Source: a virus
Virus record (IMG/VR): IMGVR_UViG_3300032083_003484
Coordinates: 12,685-76,684 of that record
Direction: 5' to 3' (one strand)
Length of the DNA stretch: 64,000 nt
Shown: piece after piece, positions 55,836 to 63,121 of the stretch
Layout: each line of letters begins with the position of its first letter
How positions within the stretch are numbered: the stretch's first letter is position 1
The notes under the pieces: generated by a model
What the model was told of the DNA's origin: nothing
The model's input: the letters and a program-made list of their open reading frames with translations, nothing else
Databases searched by the model: none
Program-made: the position numbers and the translations under genes

Positions 55836-56282
55836 ATGGCTAATCAGAACTTCAAGGCAATCGCAATGGCTCAACTCGGATACACGCTGCGAGACGTTCG
55901 CATCGAATCCCGCCGTGAGGAGATTTACGATCTCACCGCTTCGCTTGCTGCCGAGGCTCGCCGCACTCGTGAGACGGACACCGTTCGTCAATCGACTGTC
56001 GCAAACGTCCTTATGGGCTTTGTCGGCTTCTCAACCGACCCGGATCAATACGGTCCGACGTGTGAGGACGTTCACAACGTCTTGCTTGAAGGCGGTTCGA
56101 ACGTCAAGCGCAATGCGGTTGCGCAGCACCTCGCCAAGCTCAGAGCTGGCGGCTTCATCGACTCGGCTCGCAAGATGGAATGCGAACCGGGCAAGCGGGG
56201 GGCGCCTCCGGTGTTCTTCTTCCTGACCTCAAGCGAGGATGATTTCGCTTCGGTCCTCTCCGGCGAGACGGTCGCCAAGTAA
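55836..56282 (+). CDS. Putative winged-helix DNA-binding protein
   Basis: GAGG RBS; RNAVAQHLAKLRAGGFIDS...GKRGAPPVFF wHTH-like pattern. Confidence 0.6.
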   Translation: MANQNFKAIAMAQLGYTLRDVRIESRREEIYDLTASLAAEARRTRETDTVRQSTVANVLMGFVGFSTDPDQYGPTCEDVHNVLLEGGSNVKRNAVAQHLAKLRAGGFIDSARKMECEPGKRGAPPVFFFLTSSEDDFASVLSGETVAK

Positions 56283-56290
56283 GGCGGCTC

Positions 56291-56310
56291 GGGGGCTTCG
56301 GCCCCCTTTC
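56291..56310 (+). terminator. Rho-independent terminator
   Basis: GGGGGC-TTCG-GCCCCC-TTT. Confidence 0.8.
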
Positions 56311-56341
56311 ACTTTTCCCCTAAACTTTTTGGAGCTTCGCT

Positions 56342-56593
56342 ATGTATGATCTTACCATGGCAGTAATGAACGAACTTGATCAAGAACTTGTCCGACGGTC
56401 TGAAGCGAGGCAGCTGGAACTAGAACAGGCGGCCATGACTGACTGCGAGGATATTGTCGCTGGTTGGTGCGACGTTGCTTGCCTGGACCGAACAAATAGG
56501 GAGGTTTTGGTATACGAAGATTGGTGCGATTGTTGCCAAGCCAGATGGCAGGACGCTTCGCCGCATTGGACTGAAATCGGCCGATCGGAATAA
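56342..56593 (+). CDS. Small Cys-rich acidic protein
   Basis: GGAG RBS; 83 aa. Confidence 0.55.
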   Translation: MYDLTMAVMNELDQELVRRSEARQLELEQAAMTDCEDIVAGWCDVACLDRTNREVLVYEDWCDCCQARWQDASPHWTEIGRSE

Positions 56594-56963
56594 AAACAAA
56601 ATCGCCAATCGTCGCTCCGGTGGGGCGGCGTGCAGCGGGGGCCGAAAAACCTAAAAACAAAATCGATGGGGGCCTCTCCTATCGTAGTCGGTTTATTCGG
56701 CCCCTTATTTGTTTCAATAAGGGGTTTAATTTTGTTTTATATATAACGTAACGGTTAGTTTTGCTTTAGTCTTCCCTTACCTTTCCTCTACAGGCTTTCT
56801 TGTTATTCTGTTTTCTTTGATCTGGAATGGTTGATGGTTTGAATAGGGTTCTCATAACCTCGTGATAAGGGTTGCGTCGGGGCTTAGTTGTTTTCTTTTT
56901 GTTCTTGTTAGACATTTGTTTTGTTTTATTTTTTCTTTGATCTTGTTTTGTTTGCCGTTATAG

Positions 56964-57046
56964 TGCACCCTGGTGGAATCGAACCACTCGCTCTCCTTCC
57001 ACCTAGTTTGAGATCAGTTTAGAAGACTGATGGCGGTGCAGGGTGC
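56964..57046 (-). tRNA. Non-canonical tRNA-Arg(TCT)-like RNA (8/4 acceptor/T stems, no D arm, long variable arm)
   Basis: GCACCCTG/CAGGGTGC-A, TCAGT-CTTCTAA-ACTGA, GTGG-TTCGATT-CCAC. Confidence 0.7.
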
Positions 57047-57068
57047 TTTATATAGATCCTAGGATAGT

Positions 57069-57503
57069 TTATACCTCTACTAGTTTGTATTTCTTTCCAT
57101 CAATCTCAATTACTTTATTTGCGCATCCTTGAGTTTGAGCTTGGTGTTCTTTTTCGGTAAGATTCTTTCCGTTTAGATACCACAGTTTGGTTCCGTTGGC
57201 ATTTTCAACAGCAGGGCCATCTTCACGGTGGCACTTGTCGTTTAGATACCACACTTTGGTTCCGTCGGCTAACTCAATAGCAGGGCCATCTTCACGGTGG
57301 AGATCTCCGTTTAGCCACCATTCTTTGGATCCGTTGGCCCTTTCAACAGCAGGGCCATCTTCACGGTTAAGCTTTCCGCTTAGATACCATTCTTTGTGTC
57401 CATTGGTATACTCACAAGCAGGGCCATCTTCACGGTGGTACTTTCCGTTTAGATACCATTCTTTGTCTCCGTTGGGCCACACTTTTACATTATATTCAAT
57501 CAT
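57069..57503 (-). CDS. HREDGPA-repeat protein, class A (4 repeats)
   Basis: 144 aa. Confidence 0.88.
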   Translation of the reverse strand: MIEYNVKVWPNGDKEWYLNGKYHREDGPACEYTNGHKEWYLSGKLNREDGPAVERANGSKEWWLNGDLHREDGPAIELADGTKVWYLNDKCHREDGPAVENANGTKLWYLNGKNLTEKEHQAQTQGCANKVIEIDGKKYKLVEV

Positions 57504-57504
57504 T

Positions 57505-57939
57505 TTATGCTTCTACTAGTTTGTATTTCTTTCCGTCGATCTCAATTACTTTGTTTGTACATCGACTAGTTTGATCTTGGTGTTCTTTTTCGGTAAGTTG
57601 CTTTCCGTTTAGCCACCATTCTTTGCCTCCGTCGGCTAACTCAACAGCAGGGCCATCTTCACGGTGGCGCTTGTCGTTTAGAAACCACAGTTTGGTTCCG
57701 TTGGCTAACTCAATAGCAGGGCCATCTTCACGGTGGAAATTTCTGTTTAGCCACCATTCTTTGTCTCCGTTGGAGCGCTCAACAGCAGGGCCATCTTCAC
57801 GGTGGAGATCTCCGTTTAGCCACCATTCTTTGTCTCCGTTGGCCCTTTCAACAGCAGGGCCATCTTCACGGTGATACTTTCCGTTTAGATACCATTCTTT
57901 GCTTCCGCTGGGCCACACTTTTACATTATATTCAATCAT
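57505..57939 (-). CDS. HREDGPA-repeat protein, class A (4 repeats)
   Basis: 144 aa. Confidence 0.88.
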   Translation of the reverse strand: MIEYNVKVWPSGSKEWYLNGKYHREDGPAVERANGDKEWWLNGDLHREDGPAVERSNGDKEWWLNRNFHREDGPAIELANGTKLWFLNDKRHREDGPAVELADGGKEWWLNGKQLTEKEHQDQTSRCTNKVIEIDGKKYKLVEA

Positions 57940-57940
57940 T

Positions 57941-58306
57941 TTATGCTTCTACTAGTTTGTATTTCTTTCCGTCGATCTCAATTACTTTGCTTGTGCATCC
58001 TTGAGTTTGAGCTTGGTGTTCTTTTTCGGTAAGCTCCTTTCCGTTTAGGAACCACACTTTGTCTCCGTCGACCCTTTCAACAGCAGGGCCATCTTCACGG
58101 TGATACTTTCCGTTTAGCCACCACATTTTGTCTCCGTTGGCCCATTCAACAGCCGGGCCATCTTCACGGTGGAGATCTCCGTTTAGATGCCAAGATTTGT
58201 GTCCGTTGGCAAACTCAAGAGCCGGGCCATCTTCACGGTGAAGCTTTCCGTTTAGAAACCATTCTTTGGTTCCGTTGGCATGCACTCTTACTTTATATTC
58301 AATCAT
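57941..58306 (-). CDS. HREDGPA-repeat protein, class A (3 repeats)
   Basis: 121 aa. Confidence 0.88.
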   Translation of the reverse strand: MIEYKVRVHANGTKEWFLNGKLHREDGPALEFANGHKSWHLNGDLHREDGPAVEWANGDKMWWLNGKYHREDGPAVERVDGDKVWFLNGKELTEKEHQAQTQGCTSKVIEIDGKKYKLVEA

Positions 58307-58307
58307 T

Positions 58308-58673
58308 TTATGCCTCTACTAGTTTGTATTTCTTTCCGTCGATCTCAATTACTTTGTTTGTACATTGACTAGTTTGATCTTGGTGTTCTTTTTCGGTAAG
58401 CTGCTTTCCGTTTAGATACCACCATTTGGTTCCGTTGGCCCTTTCAACAGCAGGACCATCTTCACGGTGGCGCTTTCCGTTTAGCCACCATTCTTTGGTT
58501 CCGTTGGTATACTCAATAGCAGGACCATCTTCACGGTGGCGCTTTCCGTTTAGCCACCATTCTTTGTCTCCGTTGGCCCTTTCAATAGCCGGGCCATCTT
58601 CACGGTGAAGCTTATCGTTTAGATACCATTCTTTGGCTCCGTTGGGCCACACTTTTACTTTATATTCAATCAT
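58308..58673 (-). CDS. HREDGPA-repeat protein, class A (3 repeats)
   Basis: 121 aa. Confidence 0.88.
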   Translation of the reverse strand: MIEYKVKVWPNGAKEWYLNDKLHREDGPAIERANGDKEWWLNGKRHREDGPAIEYTNGTKEWWLNGKRHREDGPAVERANGTKWWYLNGKQLTEKEHQDQTSQCTNKVIEIDGKKYKLVEA

Positions 58674-58674
58674 T

Positions 58675-59040
58675 TTATGCCTCTACTAGTTTGTATTTCT
58701 TTCCGTCGATCTCAATTACTTTGTTTGCACATCCTTGAGTTTGATCTTGGTGTTCTTTTTCGGTAAGCTGCTTTCCGTTTAGCCACCATTCTCTGTGTCC
58801 GCTGGCTAACTCAATAGCAGGGCCATCTTCACGGTGGAGAACTCCGTTTAGCCACCATTCTTTGGTTCCGTCGGCTAACTCACGAGCAGGGCCATCTTCA
58901 CGGTGGAGAACTCCGTTTAGCCACCATTCTTTGTCTCCGTTGGCCCTTTCAATAGCCGGGCCATCTTCACGGTGAAGCTTATCGTTTAGATACCATTCTT
59001 TGCGGCCGCTGGGCCATACTTTTACTTTATATTCAATCAT
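58675..59040 (-). CDS. HREDGPA-repeat protein, class A (3 repeats)
   Basis: 121 aa. Confidence 0.88.
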   Translation of the reverse strand: MIEYKVKVWPSGRKEWYLNDKLHREDGPAIERANGDKEWWLNGVLHREDGPARELADGTKEWWLNGVLHREDGPAIELASGHREWWLNGKQLTEKEHQDQTQGCANKVIEIDGKKYKLVEA

Positions 59041-59041
59041 T

Positions 59042-59338
59042 TTATGCTTCTACTAGTTTGTATTTCTTTCCGTCGATCTCAATTACTTTGCATGCACATC
59101 CTTGAGTTTGATCTTGGTGTTCTTTTTCGGTAAGTTTCTTTCCGTTTAGATACCATTCTTTGTGTCCGCTGGCTAACTCAATAGCAGGGCCATCTTCACG
59201 GTGGCACTTGTCGTTTAGATACCACAGTTTGGTTCCGCTGGCATACTCATTAGCAGGGCCATCTTCACGGTGGCGCTCTCCGTTAACAAACCAAAATTTG
59301 TCTCCGTTGGGCCACACTTTTACTTTATATTCAATCAT
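59042..59338 (-). CDS. HREDGPA-repeat protein, class A (2 repeats)
   Basis: 98 aa. Confidence 0.88.
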   Translation of the reverse strand: MIEYKVKVWPNGDKFWFVNGERHREDGPANEYASGTKLWYLNDKCHREDGPAIELASGHKEWYLNGKKLTEKEHQDQTQGCACKVIEIDGKKYKLVEA

Positions 59339-59368
59339 TTTTTGTTTGAGCTTTATGGTTTTTATTGG

Positions 59369-59629
59369 TTAGCGCTTTGGAGCATACTTTGGATGAATAC
59401 AAGCATTGGCATACCTTGTAGCAATTCCAACATGACATGAAGTTGTTTGAGATACAAAGTGTGGCGCTCTATGTTCTAGTGCTACTTTGTTTCCATTCTC
59501 GGAAGTAAACCCAATAAGAAGATTGTATGAATAAAGGTTGCTTCCATCCGTGTGAAGTGAGTGGCGACCATTTCGTGCGCTTTCACTATTAGCCCAAGCG
59601 TTGACAACTTGTTCATTTCTTTTAGCCAT
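59369..59629 (-). CDS. Small early phage protein
   Basis: AAGGAAAG RBS; LYSY...SQTTSCHV. Confidence 0.7.
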   Translation of the reverse strand: MAKRNEQVVNAWANSESARNGRHSLHTDGSNLYSYNLLIGFTSENGNKVALEHRAPHFVSQTTSCHVGIATRYANACIHPKYAPKR

Positions 59630-59659
59630 TTTCTTTCCTTTCTTTGTGGTTTGAAGAAG

Positions 59660-59690
59660 TGGAACCTCTCGGGATCGAACCGAGGATCCC
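59660..59690 (-). ncRNA. tRNA minihelix-like element (acceptor + T arm)
   Basis: GGGATC-CTCGG-TTCGATC-CCGAG-A-GGTTCC-A immediately after promoter copy 9. Confidence 0.5.
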
Positions 59691-59693
59691 TCT

Positions 59694-59730
59694 CATCAGT
59701 TAGACGATCAAGCGGAGGATCTTATCCACA
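59694..59730 (-). promoter_or_regulatory. ECF-type promoter repeat, copy 9
   Basis: TGTGGATAAGATCC-N10-CGTCTAACTGATG. Confidence 0.8.
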
Positions 59731-60216
59731 TAAAACGCCGGTTTCGTCAATTAGTTTGCCGCTTTGTTCCTGGGATAGTTTATACCTATACCAGTTTCCT
59801 CTTTTTGACGTTCTACGCTTATGACAGTTCGCACATACAACGTCGCATTTATCTATTTCTTTTTTTATGGTCTCGATCGCATAGCCATTAATGATCATTC
59901 CTGCTACTTCGTATTTCTTTTCGTATTCCGGTAAATGATCAAACTCCATAACAATGGGATCCTCTTCGCCACAATCAACACACGGATGATCTAACAGGTA
60001 TTCATACGCCCATTTTTTGTTTCTTTCTTTATGTCTAAGGTTTGTTTCATACACTGCCCTTTTATGCTCGGCAGTATTTTCTTTATAATACTTTCTTGAT
60101 CTCTCCTTAGAGCATTCTCGGCAAATACTATTAAGTCCGTCTTTTTTACCTTTATTCTTATTAAACTCAGTGGGGCTTTTCATCTCGCCGCACGTATAAC
60201 ATTTCTTCGTTTTCAT
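59722..60216 (-). CDS. HNH endonuclease with N-terminal zinc finger
   Basis: CYTC..CREC; CVDCG...EFDH...VVCANCHKRRT; late motif at 60245-60253. Confidence 0.85.
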   Translation of the reverse strand: MKTKKCYTCGEMKSPTEFNKNKGKKDGLNSICRECSKERSRKYYKENTAEHKRAVYETNLRHKERNKKWAYEYLLDHPCVDCGEEDPIVMEFDHLPEYEKKYEVAGMIINGYAIETIKKEIDKCDVVCANCHKRRTSKRGNWYRYKLSQEQSGKLIDETGVLCG

Positions 60217-60305
60217 AGTATAGTTCTCCTTTTTAACTACTACTATAAATAGTATGCTAAATGACTTTTAACTATACTTTTTTGTTTAAACACTACTTTT
60301 TTTAG

Positions 60306-60378
60306 TGGGACGCCGGGAGATCGAATCCCGAACCTGCGGATTAAAAGTCCGATGCTCTACCAGTTGAGCTAGCGTCCC
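60306..60378 (-). tRNA. tRNA-Lys(TTT)
   Basis: GGGACGC/GCGTCCC-A, GCTC-AACTGGTA-GAGC, CGGA-CTTTTAA-TCCG, CGGGA-TTCGATC-TCCCG. Confidence 0.92.
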
Positions 60379-60460
60379 GTATTTGGTTTTGTTTCAGATC
60401 TTGGTGATCTTAACACTTAATGAAGATCTAATAAAAAAATAATGTAAAAGTATAAAAGCA

Positions 60461-60498
60461 TTAAAAGGCCGATGCTCTACCAACTGAGCTAGCGTTCC
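60461..60498 (-). pseudogene. 5' half duplicate of tRNA-Lys(TTT)
   Basis: 60461-60516 is an imperfect direct repeat of 60341-60396, including the upstream flank; 3' half absent. Confidence 0.7.
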
Positions 60499-60523
60499 GT
60501 ATTTGGTTTTGTTTCAATTAGAA

Positions 60524-60607
60524 TACCGGGTGCGGGACTCGAACCCGCAAGATCATAAAGATCGGGAGATTTTAAGTCTCCTGCGTTTGCCATTTCGCCA
60601 ACCCGGC
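60524..60607 (-). tRNA. tRNA-Leu(TAA)
   Basis: GCCGGGT/ACCCGGT-A, GGAGA-CTTAAAA-TCTCC, long variable arm, GCGGG-TTCGAGT-CCCGC. Confidence 0.93.
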
Positions 60608-60638
60608 CGGCGTTCGTTCTCCACCGTCCCCGGTGGCT

Positions 60639-60675
60639 CATTAGTTAGACGATCGGGGGGAGGATCTTATCCACA
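60639..60675 (-). promoter_or_regulatory. ECF-type promoter repeat, copy 10 (tRNA cluster)
   Basis: Exact consensus. Confidence 0.8.
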
Positions 60676-60784
60676 CAAAGTGAAAAAAACGTCCGGCCGG
60701 GGTGATTTGTTTCAATAGCGAATAGTTTCAATCGCCGGGGGCCGAGATCTTTGTTTCAATTCATTTGCATTAATTGGCGTTATT

Positions 60785-60821
60785 TATGGATAAGATCCCT
60801 TCTTTATTCGTCTAACTTATG
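60785..60821 (+). promoter_or_regulatory. ECF-type promoter repeat, copy 11 (divergent from copy 10)
   Basis: TATGGATAAGATCC-N10-CGTCTAACTTATG. Confidence 0.75.
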
Positions 60822-61584
60822 AAAGCGAAAACGTTTTATCTTTCTTGCGGAGGAACCTAAACCAACCCCGCATAAACACTGGGGATTTTAACTTTGGCTA
60901 TTTTAAGAAGGCGTCATTTTGGGATATTTGGGTGGTTTTAGGGGGTTTTTAGGTATTTTGTTTATCTTTCCCTAGGGGCTACCCATATCAACCCCGCTGT
61001 TTTAGCGGCTTTCCCGATTTGCCCTATTTTTGAGATTTGCCTTACTTTACCCTTTTGGAAGCCCATTATAGCCTATTTTTAGAGTTTAGGCAAGATCAAA
61101 AACATAAAATCTATCTTTTCTGGCTTTATAAGGATCTCCCTAGGGAAAGATAAAGTGCAACAAGAACATTAAGTCAGGCTTTAGTTTCGTTCGGCGCCCG
61201 GTGTTTCAATCGGGGGTTTTTTTGTATTTGGGGATGGTCTAACAAAGGGCTTGGATAGCGCTTAGAGGCAGTATACAAGGGGGTTTGAGGGGCATTGGCG
61301 TTTTGGTTTATTCGATACTATTTACTATGTTCTTGATTGGGTAAAATAGGTGTGTTTAACCCCAACCCCTGAGAGAGCCTTTTTGTTTATAAAGCCTATA
61401 GTTCTTTTGGTTGTGGGACTTATTCTTTACTAAGGGTTTTATTTAGGTTTATTCCCCCCTTATGGTATTGTTATAGCATACTGGGTTTTGTTTTGTTATA
61501 AGGATTGTGTTTTGTTTTGTTTTATGTTTCTTTTTTTTGTGTTCTTGGCCAAGTGTGAAAAAGGTGGGGCTCTTGCAACTCACG

Positions 61585-62295
61585 CTAACCTTCCCATTCA
61601 TCCGGTGTCTTGGTTCCTTTGGATAAGTTGCAAGAAGCACAAGCCGGCACCAAGTTGTCTTTTGTATGTGTGCCGCCTCTTGATAATGGAATGCAGTGCT
61701 CTAAATGTTCGTATAACCCTTCTTCACAATAAAAACAACGCTGGGGATCAATGTTTTTCTTGATCCAATATTCTTTTAGAAGTTCATCTGTTATAACTTC
61801 CACTTGTGTGTTTCTTTTTTGTGCTCTTCGTTTGGAATTTTTTAGGCGGTTGATGGCTCTTAATTTTTCTAGATTTTCCTGATAATACTTTTTGTGTCTG
61901 GCTCTTTCTTTTTCTTTATTTTCTTCTCTATACTTTTTCTTTCTGGCTCTTACTTGTTCTTTATTTTCCTGATAATACTTTTTACTATAGGCTTTGTCGT
62001 ATTCTGGATTTTCTTGATAATACTTTTTGTGTCTGGCTTTTACTTTTTCTTTATTTTCTTGATAATACTTTTTCCTATAGGCTTTTACTTTTTCTGGATT
62101 TTCTTTTTTCCACTTTTTCCTTTGGGCTTTTTCTTTTTCTGGATTTTCTTGATAATACTTTTTACTATAGGCGTTTCTGCATTCTTTGCAAGCAGACGTA
62201 ACACCATCTTTTCCCTTCTTATGCTTATGGTATTCTGTTAGGCTTTTTTCTTTGTTACATTTATTGCATACTTTTTTCTTCATCTTGATCTCCAT
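61585..62295 (-). CDS. HNH endonuclease with zinc finger and 15-aa basic repeats
   Basis: CNKC..CKEC; KKYYQENxEK repeats; CFYC...EHCIPLSRGGTH..NLVPACASCNLSK. Confidence 0.85.
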   Translation of the reverse strand: MEIKMKKKVCNKCNKEKSLTEYHKHKKGKDGVTSACKECRNAYSKKYYQENPEKEKAQRKKWKKENPEKVKAYRKKYYQENKEKVKARHKKYYQENPEYDKAYSKKYYQENKEQVRARKKKYREENKEKERARHKKYYQENLEKLRAINRLKNSKRRAQKRNTQVEVITDELLKEYWIKKNIDPQRCFYCEEGLYEHLEHCIPLSRGGTHTKDNLVPACASCNLSKGTKTPDEWEG

Positions 62296-62309
62296 TGGCT
62301 TATAATAAT

Positions 62310-62338
62310 ACCATAAACTTATTTTGCTGGCCAGTCAA
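62310..62338 (-). promoter_or_regulatory. sigma70-type promoter
   Basis: TTGACT-N17-TATGGT upstream of the HNH gene. Confidence 0.5.
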
Positions 62339-62347
62339 GGTTTAGTT

Positions 62348-62599
62348 TTATGCAACCAGCCGAAGTCGCCAAGAGAGCCCTTCTTCATTTAGGCTATAAG
62401 AGATAGGATAGTTTTGTCTTGGTTGGTTTTCTCCTTCTTCTATTTCGCCTTCAAGGTTTTCTGTCCATAACCACTGGACCATTACTTTATCTTTTTCTGT
62501 TCTCTCAACCAACCCAAATGTTCTAAATAAGTGTTCTGGCGGGTATTGGTATTCTACAAGGTCTCCTTCTTTTATTTTATTTTTCATTGTTCTTGGCAA
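62348..62599 (-). CDS. Small SH3/KOW-like hypothetical protein
   Basis: IKEGDLVEY...GLV...VMVQW. Confidence 0.55.
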   Translation of the reverse strand: MPRTMKNKIKEGDLVEYQYPPEHLFRTFGLVERTEKDKVMVQWLWTENLEGEIEEGENQPRQNYPISYSLNEEGLSWRLRLVA

Positions 62600-62620
62600 A
62601 GTGCGAAGAGTCTAGTTCTC

Positions 62621-63121
62621 TCATTCAAACTCCAAACTGTCTGTTTCTTTGTTATAAATACAATAAATGTTTTTTGCGAGCCATAGATCCACAATGGTTT
62701 CCGGGTTGACTTCTTCGTCGTTTAGATACCATTCTTTGCCTCCGTTGGCCCTTTCAATAGCAGGGCCATCTTCACGGTGGGGTTCTCCGTTTAGATACCA
62801 TTCTTTGTCTCCGTTGGCTAACTCAATAGCAGGGCCATCTTCACGGTGGTACTTTCCGTTTAGATACCATTTTTTGGTTCCGTTGGCTAACTCAATAGCA
62901 GGGCCATCTTCACGGTGGTACTTTCCGTTTAGGTACCACACTTTGTATCCGCTGGTACACTCAATAGCCGGGCCATCTTCACGGTGGGGTTCTCCGTTTA
63001 GCCACCATTCTTTGCCTCCGTTGGCCCTTTCAACAGCAGGGCCATCTTCACGGTGATACTTTCCGTTTAGCCGCCATTCTTTGGTTCCGTTGGCATTGGT
63101 TTTACATTCAGGTTTATTCAT
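62621..63121 (-). CDS. HREDGPA-repeat protein, class B (5 repeats)
   Basis: MNKPECKT start; DLWLAKNIYCIYN..SLEFE end. Confidence 0.88.
   Translation of the reverse strand: MNKPECKTNANGTKEWRLNGKYHREDGPAVERANGGKEWWLNGEPHREDGPAIECTSGYKVWYLNGKYHREDGPAIELANGTKKWYLNGKYHREDGPAIELANGDKEWYLNGEPHREDGPAIERANGGKEWYLNDEEVNPETIVDLWLAKNIYCIYNKETDSLEFE

Noticed and set aside
57069-59338. Shufflon or invertible system
   Set aside because: All copies are complete genes in direct orientation; no recombinase or inverted crossover sites seen
60500-61215. GTTTCAAT words resembling CRISPR repeat ends
   Set aside because: Only 8-10 bp shared, with irregular spacing
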